NCBI GenBank assembly: GCA_963774265.1
Contig: CAVZDU010000002.1
Span: 832,001 to 896,000, forward strand
Reading direction: 5' to 3'
Length of the DNA: 64,000 nucleotides
From: an uncultured Chloroflexia bacterium
GTDB lineage: Bacteria; Chloroflexota; Anaerolineae; CG2-30-64-16
Made by a program: the position numbers and the translations under genes. Under the pieces are notes generated by a model. It saw only the letters and a list, made by a program, of their open reading frames with translations, ran no database searches and was not told where the DNA came from. Shown here piece after piece: positions 44,992 to 55,056 of this stretch (positions within the stretch are counted from its first letter, which is position 1; every line of letters begins with the position of its first letter).

Positions 44992-45420
44992 ATGCGCGAT
45001 TGGTTCAAGCTTCATAATGGAAAGCATCACAAAGTTGATGTTGATGAAGGATTGTGGCTTCACTATTCGGAAACCTGTAATGTGCATGATCTAGCCATAG
45101 TGAGTTCAGCACGCTCAGCTTGGGCTTCTCGTTCAACGACAATCAACGAGACTCGCCTTGCTCCCTCTCGCTTGGGTTGGGTAGCAATAAACTATGAAAC
45201 AAGAGGCCGAATGGCCTTTTTCGTTCAACTAAATGACAAACGCGCAGCATGGCAACGGATTGAATGGCCGACTGGTTTTGATGAGAACTGGGACGAAGAC
45301 AAAGTCAGAGAAGCGATCGACAATTTCATCTGCGTGGCGGAGTGTGAAGAGGAGCGGCGGGATATTACCCAAGAGAGCATAAGAGGCGGCGCAGGTGGTC
45401 GACTGCGCCATGCGGAGTGA
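44992..45420 (+). CDS. Hypothetical protein
   Basis: GGAGG RBS, 142-aa ORF, lower GC. Confidence 0.55.
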   Translation: MRDWFKLHNGKHHKVDVDEGLWLHYSETCNVHDLAIVSSARSAWASRSTTINETRLAPSRLGWVAINYETRGRMAFFVQLNDKRAAWQRIEWPTGFDENWDEDKVREAIDNFICVAECEEERRDITQESIRGGAGGRLRHAE

Positions 45421-45615
45421 CTGCCCCCCCCTTTGTAATCATAGCGGTTTGTGATAGTATCCCCAAAGCCACACATCACAGCACTTCATCGCAGGCCATC
45501 TACTGGCGCATGTATCCTAAAGTGTGCAGCCGGAGCGACATATCCGACGTTTTGCAGGATAATGATTAGGGCCAGTAATGGGACACGCACCTGACGGGGG
45601 ACCATCCGACGCAGC

Positions 45616-46362
45616 ATGACAGCAAAAGCTAAACTCGAAACAGCCGCCGCGATTGCCGCCATCATCGGTGTAATAGTTGGTCTTCTGACGTGGCTGATGC
45701 CATTTGCCCCAATCGGACCTTCACCGCTAGCAAAGGCTTCTCAGACAGAGACAACCATGCCAACACAAAGGGTTGGTTTGCCGACTCCTACAAATTCATT
45801 GAGAGCACGGGTGGAAACTAGGCCAAGCCCAACATCGGCTGTAACATCGCCAACGCCCACGCTGCCATTGCCGACTGCCACAAAACAGGCTCAACCCTCG
45901 GCTACGGCAATGCCACCAGAGACAATCCAGGGAGAGTTATCTGTGCCATGTAACAGCAAGGCAGGTGCTCGTCTTGATGTGTCCATTTCTGGACGTTACA
46001 TGATCAGTTATGCTGGCGGTTCTTATTCGCCAGAGTCCTGGACGGGGCCATCTGACCTCCATTGGCGTTCTCGCATAAACATTTATCGCAACAAAGCCGT
46101 GCAGTTCGGGGCGCGAGCGTTTCAACAAGGCGACAGCTCTGGCATCACTTATTACGAGCCGACTTCGCCTGATGTTATCTTCCCCGGAAACTACGTTAAG
46201 ATGACGCAATCACAAAGCGAAGACAGCGCACGAGCAGCACCAGCGGTGACCTTTGATCTGAACAAGGGTGATTTTTTGACTTTTGTGTGTATGGATGACC
46301 AACCGTACTTTGCCGACAACCAGGGAGCAATGCACTTCGTCTTTGTGGCGACCGGCAGGTAG
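45616..46362 (+). CDS. Membrane-anchored hypothetical protein with Pro/Thr linker
   Basis: N-terminal TM, PT-rich stalk, C-terminal D..YFADNQG beta domain. Confidence 0.75.
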   Translation: MTAKAKLETAAAIAAIIGVIVGLLTWLMPFAPIGPSPLAKASQTETTMPTQRVGLPTPTNSLRARVETRPSPTSAVTSPTPTLPLPTATKQAQPSATAMPPETIQGELSVPCNSKAGARLDVSISGRYMISYAGGSYSPESWTGPSDLHWRSRINIYRNKAVQFGARAFQQGDSSGITYYEPTSPDVIFPGNYVKMTQSQSEDSARAAPAVTFDLNKGDFLTFVCMDDQPYFADNQGAMHFVFVATGR

Positions 46363-46443
46363 CGCCACCCTTTCCATTTCATGTTTTTGTCCCGTCGCGC
46401 CTGTTTTCAAGCAAGGTTAGGCTGCCACGGTTCGAGGCCACGG

Positions 46444-46538
46444 GCCTAGCTTTGCTTCCACCTGACGGCTGCACCGGTGGGGCTCGTGCGATTGCAAGTC
46501 GCGTCGGGCGCAGCCAAAGCTTGCAACAGCCATTAGGC
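46444..46538 (+). repeat. attC-like site 2 (degenerate)
   Basis: GCCTAGC..CACCTGACGGCTGCACC..GGCGCAGCC..CCATTAGGC, followed directly by the RBS of the next gene. Confidence 0.5.
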
Positions 46539-46561
46539 AGCAGAGGAGTGCTTTGGAAAGA

Positions 46562-47587
46562 ATGCACGCACTGAGATTCGGCGTTGTTCATTTGGTATTG
46601 GTCTCCTATTTGGCTGTGACTCTTACCGCTTGTGGCCCAAATCCAGCACCATACGTTTCAGCAGAATTGGGGCCTCTTGAGATTGGCCTATCGTTAAATA
46701 CAAACGGGGAAGTCTCAGTGGTTACAGGCATCTCATCCCCCAAGATACGAGTTGGCTTGGGACCAGTGAACCTGAGATTCGGCATTGATAACGCTGTTCA
46801 ATTGACTCGACAGCGCAAGTATATGCTTTTTGTTCTTTGGCAGGACGCAGCAGGTCAAATATGGCGGGACGAGTATGAAATCGGGCAGAAATTCCGCGTA
46901 AGGTTTAACTCCCAGGAACATGTAAGGGAGATTGCCGGAGAAAACGACAGTGTCATAGTAGTTGTCGAGAAACTCCTGCCGCCAACCGGCCAGTCGACTC
47001 TCTCAGTGGCAATCCCTACCCTATCCCAGCAAGCTCCGGTACTATCGCAGCCGACAGTTCTGCCTGCAACGTCCATCGAGACAATGAATCGACAGCAGTT
47101 AGCAGTAGCTTTCGGAATTCCCAAGGATAGAATCGTCCGTGAAAGCCCAACGAAATTTCACATCTTTGATTACCCGCTGAAGCCGGAGTATGGACAGGAT
47201 AGCCAGGGGTACATAGTCAAGAACGGTCAACGTATATCGAGTCTGGCAGACAAAGAAATCATGAATTTCGGGCCTCCTGAAGATCCATACAAGTATTACC
47301 AAGGGCCTATCAATTGGCGTATTCCGACGAGCGGAGAGGTTGGCTTCTGCAAAGCAGGAATATGGACAGGCGGAAACAGCGGTGGATGGACAAACACCTT
47401 GCGCTATGCTGCCAACGATAATGGCAGCGTGTTCATTGAAGGCGCACCCAGAGCTTGGATTACTTGTGATGGGAACCCAGCCGGAACTTGGGCTCTTGAT
47501 GAAGCTATGCGCGCCAAGAACGATCCTGGAGCAGTAGGCGTGTACTACTGGGACAGCAAGTCCAATCAATGGATTAACGTAAAATAG
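46562..47587 (+). CDS. Putative lipoprotein
   Basis: Lipobox LTAC after a hydrophobic stretch; lower GC. Confidence 0.75.
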   Translation: MHALRFGVVHLVLVSYLAVTLTACGPNPAPYVSAELGPLEIGLSLNTNGEVSVVTGISSPKIRVGLGPVNLRFGIDNAVQLTRQRKYMLFVLWQDAAGQIWRDEYEIGQKFRVRFNSQEHVREIAGENDSVIVVVEKLLPPTGQSTLSVAIPTLSQQAPVLSQPTVLPATSIETMNRQQLAVAFGIPKDRIVRESPTKFHIFDYPLKPEYGQDSQGYIVKNGQRISSLADKEIMNFGPPEDPYKYYQGPINWRIPTSGEVGFCKAGIWTGGNSGGWTNTLRYAANDNGSVFIEGAPRAWITCDGNPAGTWALDEAMRAKNDPGAVGVYYWDSKSNQWINVK

Positions 47588-47673
47588 CGATAGTTCTCCA
47601 CAACGGCAGTAAGGCGCGGTTCGCCTTCATGGGCGGCGCTCGCGTGGGGGGCGGGGCTGGTTACCAGGGTGGG

Positions 47674-47784
47674 GCCTAACAGTCGCTTCCTGCCGACCGC
47701 CGGAGCTCGGCGGTTAACCGCTTTTCGCCGTCAAACTGACGATTCGCGTCCACCCGGCGGCGGCTGAACCGCGGGCCATTTGCC
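47674..47784 (+). repeat. attC-like site 3
   Basis: GCCTAAC..TGCCGACCGCCGG / CCGGCGGCGGCTGAACC..CCATTTGCC. Confidence 0.6.
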
Positions 47785-48159
47785 TATTGGTCCTCCCGGT
47801 TGACCTTACCCTCCGCCGCCATTCCCACCCTGCTGTTTGTACTTGTCAAGCAAAAAGGGGCTCTCCCCCACTTTTCGTGATGCTCAGTAGGGGTAAGTTT
47901 CGCTTGACAAATACAGTCGGAGTCGCCGAATTCCAGACTCAGACTCTCGAGAATACCGAGTCTTGTCCTATATACACCTCCTTTCCCACGACTGAGGATA
48001 GCGTGGTTCGATGACGAAACAACGCGGCTCGTAAACCTCGACCAGCATTTGAGGGATGTCCTCTGCCACGTGAACCTTCGTCTGAAGAATTGCTCGAAAC
48101 TGGCTGGCTTTGTTGAAGGGGTGCCTAAAAAGCCAATACAACCGGCCGCTTTGTATACT

Positions 48160-48860
48160 CTACCCTTTAGCCAACGCCTCCGCAACGAGAATAGACGCAT
48201 CCAGCGCACCCAAATCCACCAGATTTCCATTGGCCTCATGCGTCAACGTGTAGACCGGCTTGGCCCACCTGATCACCTCACGAGCCAGCGCCTCGGTCCG
48301 ACCCCCCAGCGCCGCATGAATGAACAAGACGCGCTCCGCCAGCGCGGCGACAAACCGGTTGCGAGCCGCCGCCAATTCCGCCGTAATCCGCCGCTCGTCA
48401 TCGTCGAACGGCGACAGTAGGAGCAACCGGCCGTCTTCGAGTGGCTTCCTGTACTTCTTCTCCAGCATCTTGGGCATCCCGCGCGCCAGGCAGACGACCA
48501 GCGGGCCTGCCCCTGCCAGCATCACATCCAAAAAGGCTTGTTCCACCGGCGTGTGAAAGCCGCCAACGAGCGCAGCGCTTTTGTCCCGCAATTCATGGGC
48601 GAGATCTTGCGCCTGCATGATGAGGACCCCAGGGCAGCGCATCGAGCAGAAGACCGCCGACAGGGGGCGGTCAAGCAAGCTCGCGTTGCCCAGCGCCGTG
48701 ATAACTGCGGGAGCCTCCGTGCCGAGGGCGGCACGCACTCGCGCAGGGTAGCGAGAATCGGAACAAGGCAGGCGGATGAGAGGCGTTTTCTTCGTGATCT
48801 TGAATTCGAACGGATCCAACTCGTGAAGATAGTCGAAATGCTTCTCGAAATTGCGCACGC
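48160..48860 (-). CDS. Short DprA/Smf Rossmann-fold (SLOG) domain, possibly fused to the upstream ORF
   Basis: FCSMRCPG, GGFHTPVE, LLLSPF, AAARNRFVAALA. Confidence 0.8.
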
Positions 48861-49387
48861 GTCTCCTCGTTGGCCGGATCGCGCAACTCGGCGACATAGC
48901 GCCGTAAATGTTCCTTCAACTCGGGCACCAGTCGGTGCGGGTTGATCAAGATGACGCCGCCCGGTGAGAGCGCTACCGAATCCGAGTAGTCACCGCTGAT
49001 GATGATTCGCTGCTGTGCCATTCCGCTGTGATAGAAGCCGCAGCGACCGGAAGTGTAGAGGATGGACGCAATGTCGTCGTGGAGCCTGGGGGGCATAGTG
49101 GTCAGGCTAGGAAAGACGTCCTCTAACCCTATCCTGAAGCGATCTTGGGACTTTTCGGAATCCTCGGCGGCGACTCTGCATTTCCCGATAAGCTCAAAGT
49201 AGCTGAAGACGATCATCAGCACAGCCCATCCACTGTGGCGCATCGCCGGCTGGCCCCCATTGATGCAGGCATCAGCGATATCGAGCTGCCAGCCAGAGAC
49301 CCGTTCTTCAAAGATGAGGATCTTGTCATCCAGGCATAATGGCCACTTGAAGTCCGAGTCTTGATGAAAAGGCGTGATCCACGTCAT
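48861..49387 (-). CDS. Hypothetical HEPN-like protein
   Basis: SYFELIG..LY..GRCGFYHSG (Rx4H motif); helical character. Confidence 0.55.
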
Positions 49388-49537
49388 GAGGCTTCCTCCT
49401 CATCCTTCCCCATCCGATACTCGATGTTGTAGTTGATGATGAAACCCAGTCTTTTATCGGAGAAGTCGTACCAGCGGGCGAGCTTCGATTGATCCATAGC
49501 AGGCCGCGATACGGGGCGTTGCATCACCTCACTCGAT

Positions 49538-51361
49538 TCATGCTCCGTCAGGTTCGTCTTCCACTTCCTCAACGAAGGTCTCCTGCGGTGAGCTCACACC
49601 AACGACAGGTTTGCCCATGGCGTTCTCAATACGGCGCAACAGCTCGGCCTCACGCATGCGGAAGAACTCGTAGAACTCATCCAACCGTGCGGCAAGCGGA
49701 TAGATATTGTGGGATTCGAGGATTTCATCCATCCTCTGCTCCCCAATGCCAGCCTGCTGCTGCAACAGTGTCAGATAGGCGCTGGGTCCCTTGTTGCCGA
49801 CGGTGCGGTTGGTCCTGGCGGAGAGCGGCGTCTTGTTCACGATAGAGTCGTAATACTTGGGCTCAATGCCTTGTTTGACACACCAGTCTTTAGGGAAGAT
49901 GTGATGAATGTCGACGCTTTCATCAAAATACAGCTGGGATTCAATCGGGTCACCGGAGCGGAAGTCCAACGCACCATCACGTAAGAGCAGGGCATGGACT
50001 CCCTTGTAGGCCGCACTATTACGCGTACGTAACGTGAGCAAACGTGACGGAAAGAAGTTCGCATCGCGAATGGTTGTCGATTCTGGGCCAGTGTCCACCC
50101 AGGCAAGCACTTCAGGCAAGTCCCGCGCGAAGCGACTCTCCACCGCACTGCCATACAACTCGCCAAACACACCGCACCAGTACCATTGAAGCAGTTTTGT
50201 GCGGACACCATCGTGCTCGCACCGTTCACCCAGCATCGCCATGATGGCGGCTAATGGCGCCAATTGCGTGCTGTAGGGCAGATCACGTGCATCGAAAAGC
50301 TTCTGGCCGCGCAGCAACTTCGCAGCACGGATGAAACCCTCCGTCGCCGGATCTACCCAACGCTGATACTCTGGCAACGTCAGGCCAAGTATGTCTTTGC
50401 GCTTGCACCCGATACCAGGTGCGTTCTCGGGCTGAACACCTTCAGCTATCTTGGCACCGCGCCGTTCAGCGGTCGCCAGCAGTGCGGTGGTCTGGAGCAG
50501 TTCACCGGTTTGGACATTCTTCAGAACTTTATACGCGTGTAATCGGACGTGGCGAGTGTTCCAATCGTCGCGCAAATTGTAATCGTCGGCAGCGAACGTG
50601 GCGGTCATCAGCTCAAACACGGTTAACGAGACGCCCCCCGTGTTCACCTTCTCAAACACCTGGCAAACCGCATCTTTGGGAGTCGGCCGACGCAGCAGGA
50701 TCAATGGCATCTGATATTGCTCAAATCGCTTGATCACCATTTCCTCGAACCGGTCGAATAGCTCCGACTTGGCGCTATCATGCTGCCAGAAGCGATTGAA
50801 GCCGCGCCGCCATTCGGCTGAACTGAACACCCGGTTCAGCGGGAATAGACCGGTTTCGTATTCGCGTTCGGGGGTCGAAAAATCAGCGGTGACCTCATTG
50901 CGGAAGTTGCGCACTAACCGATCATCCGGCAGCGACACAACGGCTTCGTCGCGATCGCCGTTGGCGTTGAGCGCCTTCGCCATATCGATATAGTACCAGC
51001 GCTTGATCTGCTTCTTGCGCGCGTCTTGCGTTTCTACCGGTCCGCCATACAGCGTGGCCAGATAGAGAGAAGTGAGCCGCTGCTGACCATCGAGGATGAG
51101 GCGTTCCGGCCTGAGACCATTCGCCACTACACCCTCCACCAGGCGGGGTTTGAATCGCACTTCCTCGCCACCCGTTTCCAACATCATCACGGTCCCAACG
51201 GGATAGGACAGTGACAGGCTCGCCAGGAGACTGCGAATGTGGTCGTCATCCCATACCCAGCCACGTTGAAAGTCGGGTAACTGCGTCTTGCTGTCAGCAA
51301 TGCTGCGCAACATATCGAGGAGGGATTCTTTGGTGCTATCGAAGGTAGTGAATGCAGTCAT
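49538..51361 (-). CDS. DUF262 (GmrS/ParB-like) plus C-terminal HNH-like (GmrSD-type) protein
   Basis: QLPDFQRGWVW, LDGQQRLT, FEKVNTGG..L, DIHHIFP..N..PL..TN. Confidence 0.88.
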   Translation of the reverse strand: MTAFTTFDSTKESLLDMLRSIADSKTQLPDFQRGWVWDDDHIRSLLASLSLSYPVGTVMMLETGGEEVRFKPRLVEGVVANGLRPERLILDGQQRLTSLYLATLYGGPVETQDARKKQIKRWYYIDMAKALNANGDRDEAVVSLPDDRLVRNFRNEVTADFSTPEREYETGLFPLNRVFSSAEWRRGFNRFWQHDSAKSELFDRFEEMVIKRFEQYQMPLILLRRPTPKDAVCQVFEKVNTGGVSLTVFELMTATFAADDYNLRDDWNTRHVRLHAYKVLKNVQTGELLQTTALLATAERRGAKIAEGVQPENAPGIGCKRKDILGLTLPEYQRWVDPATEGFIRAAKLLRGQKLFDARDLPYSTQLAPLAAIMAMLGERCEHDGVRTKLLQWYWCGVFGELYGSAVESRFARDLPEVLAWVDTGPESTTIRDANFFPSRLLTLRTRNSAAYKGVHALLLRDGALDFRSGDPIESQLYFDESVDIHHIFPKDWCVKQGIEPKYYDSIVNKTPLSARTNRTVGNKGPSAYLTLLQQQAGIGEQRMDEILESHNIYPLAARLDEFYEFFRMREAELLRRIENAMGKPVVGVSSPQETFVEEVEDEPDGA

Positions 51362-51496
51362 GGCACGGTCCCTTTTGTTTCGGTGCCCTTGTCAATGTTG
51401 ACAAGACCATCATCCGGTACTTGATGTCATAGTTGATGATGAGCAGCGGCTACCACGCGACATGTTAGAGATGGCGGACATGGGTTGTTCACCTGC

Positions 51497-54400
51497 CTAT
51501 TCGGTTTCATCCGTTGCCTCCAACTCATCCCCCATCCGATACTTGATGTCGTAGTTGATGATGAAGTCCAGTTCCTCGTCGGTGAAGCCGTAGTGGCGGG
51601 CGAGGACGCGGTCGATCTCATCGATGATGGGCTTGCTGCGCTTCGGGATGATTGACTGAACCGTCAGAGTATCGTGGGCGAACCGCATGACTCGTTCTTG
51701 GGAATTGTGTTGGAGGTCGCCCATCAGTATCTGGGCAAGCTCCTGCAACCGCTGGCCGAGATTTGCGGCGGTGAGTCTGTCCAAGTCAACAAGGAAGTTG
51801 TCAACCTCGCGCTTGTTGACGTGGCGGCAGTCGGAAAGTGTCGTAACGAACCAATAGAAGAGGCTGGAATTCAAGCAGCATAGCGTGGCCTTTGCGTGAG
51901 CTTCGGAGCCAAAGCTTAATTCCTTGAACTCAGTTGGCGGGCGCAATCTGCCCTGACCATCGAGAACTCGGGGCTGGAAGTCCAGGACTTGGAGGAAGTA
52001 ACCGACTTTCCGAGAGTAGTAGATCTGATGCTGAGCGGTTGCGGCATAGAAGGACGCTAGACGACGGCGGTCCAGCGATAACTTGTGGCCGATACTTTCT
52101 TCCAAATCCGACGATAGCTTGGGTAAGCTACCCGAGATTAGCGATTGCTCTGCAGGAGCGTACGTCAATCTGTGGAACAGATTGGGTCTTTCTGCCGAAG
52201 TCCACTTGTTGTAGCGCGTGGAGTGTCTCTGTGCCCCGACCCCTTCGACGCCAATGAGGTGGATAGTCAACCGAATGTGTTCTAGTCCGTCAAAGAGACG
52301 GGAGGGGCGGTCATCAAAAGCGCTGTAGTGCAACTCCCTCAACATTAGGAGCCTCTGCAGACTCCCGTAGCGATCTGTGGATACTGACGAAACAGGCACG
52401 ATAAATCCTTGACGGCCAGACCGCGAACACAATGCAAAGCTTCTCTCAAGAACGAGGGCATAGAGGTTGCCTGCATCAAGACATGTATAGCCGCGAGTTG
52501 CGTACTCATTCAGCGCCGCAAGTTCCACATACGGCGGATTCCCGATCACTACATCAAACCCACCGCGCCGCATGATCCCATAGAACTCCACAAACCAATG
52601 GAACGGCCGGTGCGATGCCAGCCAGTCCTTGTAGCCTTCGGCTTCGCCTCAGTCCATGCCATACTCGCGTGCGAGCGCCCGATTCAGCTCGTCATCCAGC
52701 GCGTCCAGCCGGCGACGCAGCTCGGCCTTGTCTTCGGTCGTCACCTGGCCGCCCAGCTCCGTCTGCTGCTGGCGGAACAGGCCGAACAGCCGCTCCACAT
52801 CGGCGGCCCGCTCCTCGAACCGCTGGAGCGCGGTGGACTCCTCCTCAAACATCAGCTTCATTCGCCCATCGGTGGCAGTGGTCAGCGCGCGCTGCACGTC
52901 TTCCCGTGTGGCGTAGCCCACCAGGGTGTTGCCGGCGCGGATGTTGAAGTCGATGTCGGGCAGCGGCTCGATCGTCCTCGACGCGCTCCACCTGCGCCAC
53001 CAGCTTCAGGAAGAGGCGCAGCTTGCAGATTTCCACCGCCTCTTCCATGATGTCCACGCCGTAGAGGTTGTTGACGATGATGGACTTGAGGATGAAGTAG
53101 CGGCGGTTGGGGTGCTGGCGCGACGCGCGCCAGCACCTTGCGGAAGTCGCTGAACTTCTCCGGGCCGGTGCGGCTCGCCGGAGCGCTCCAGGTCGTCCAC
53201 GAACGCCTCCATGCGCTCCAGGCAGGCCTCGTAGAGCGGCTCCAGGATGTTGAGCGCGGCGAACAGGAACGCGCCCGAGCCGCAGGTGGGATCGAGGACC
53301 GTGATCGCCTCGATGGCCTGCCAGAAGGCGCGCAGCAGCTCCGGCCCTTCGCAGCTCTCGATCACATCCTGGGCGAACTGGCGGATGTCCAGGTTGTAGG
53401 TGATGAGGTCGTTGACGTGCGCGGACCTCGCCGGCCGCCAGCTTGGCCTCGCACTTCCTCGTACCGCTGGCGGCGGGCCACGACCTCGCGCCAGATCTCG
53501 GTGGGCAGGGCGTACTCGGCCGGCGCAGGCCGGTTCCACTCCGTCGCGCTTCGGCCACGTCGTCCACCCCGGCGGCGATCTCGGCGGGCAGCGGCAGCGT
53601 CGACGCCGTGGCGCACCGCCGCGTAGATGTAGCGGTCGGGATCGTCGCGCAGCAGCCGCCAGACGGCTGCCGTCGCCCTCGAAGGCGATGCCGGCAGCTC
53701 CGTTGCGCGCCGCGTCGAACAGGAAGGGGATGATCGTGTTCTTGCTGATGTACTCGGTGATGTCCTCCTTGGTGTAGTAGGCCCCCATCTGCTTCTGGTT
53801 GATGTACTTCTCGAAGATGTAGCCCAGCACGTCGGGGTTGATCTCGTTGTCGGCGCGCAGCGGGCGCTCGTCCAGGTGCCAGTGGTACGCGTCGAAGAAG
53901 TCGAAGAGCCGCTCGAAGGCGGCATCGGGGATCTGGATGGTCTGCGCCGTAGGCGCTTCTCGATCTGGTGGCGCTCGAAGATGCCGCCGTTCAGGTAGGG
54001 CACCTGGCCCAGCAGCGGCTCGGTCTGCGGCCGAGCGCTCGCTCCGGCCGCCTGGCAAAGCCCTCGAAGAACAGCGGGCAGAGGAAGTCGCGCGTAGAAG
54101 CGGTCCGCGCCGCGGCCGCCTGGCTGGCCGCCAGCCGGGTCCGCAGGTAGTCGGGATCGCCGTCCAGGAAGCCCTTCTTCTGGATGAAGTAGATGAACAT
54201 CAGCCGGTTGAGCATCACCGAGGCGTACCAGCGCTGCAGCTGCTTCGTCGGGGATGCCGCTGCAGGAACTTGAGGAAGGCGGCGTGCTCGGCCTTGAACC
54301 GCTCGTAGAAGCGCTTGGTGACCCGCTCCACATCGAAGCCCGCGCTGCACCCGTCCCGCCACATCCACGATGGTGCAGGCTGTTCCTTCTTCCTCCAGGC

Positions 54401-54815
54401 TGAAGGCGATCGCCTGCAGCTTCTGGATCAGCGCCTCGCCGGTCTGGCCGCGGTAGAAGGTCTGCTCGCGGGCCGCGGTCGGCTTGCCCGGTCTCGCGCT
54501 TCACCCACTGCCAGACCTGCTGTGTGCTGGCCGCGTCGGTGTAGATGATCAGGTGCTCGTTGACCGACTTCGCCACCTGCGTCTCGATCTTGCGCGCGCA
54601 GGGGATAAGGTGGGATGCGGCCATCGGGCGCTGGGGCGCAGCGAAACGCGACCAGGCCGCGCTTGTGCGCGATGGCCTGCAAGTGGAAGTCCTGGCCGTC
54701 GACGGGCATCGACCAGTTCCTGGCGGTGCTGGTCCCAGCCCAGCTCCTCGATGAAGAGGGTGTGGAGGTCGAAGTCCTTCAGGTAACGACGAGCGCGAGC
54801 AACGTCAAGCAGCAT
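51497..54815 (-). CDS. Eco57I/type IIG-like adenine methyltransferase with TRD (frameshifted)
   Basis: PYLNGGIF, GAYYTKE, LDPTCGSGAF (motif I), GVDI, GNPPY (motif IV), C-terminal IINYDIKYRMG. Confidence 0.88.
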
Positions 54816-54833
54816 GGTTTTCCTTCCGACGTG

Positions 54834-55048
54834 CTAGTGACCCTTTGCCAACATACCAAAGTGCTTAAGCGCGGCTGTGATGTCAGCTTGCTTGCCGGGG
54901 GGGCATGGATACGCTCTAGTTCCCCCTCGATTCGGAGCCGGCTTGATGGGGAGCCGTTTAACTCTTTGACATGGGCGATCCAGCAGGTCTTGGGGACATA
55001 GCCGTATTGCTCACTGACGTACTCTCGGATTTGACGGTAGGTAGCCAT
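54834..55048 (-). CDS. Small hypothetical protein (frameshifted)
   Basis: MATYRQIREYV..CWIAHVKE, continuing in another frame as PCPPGKQADITAALKHFGML; GGAGG RBS. Confidence 0.6.
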
Positions 55049-55056
55049 ATTCCTCC

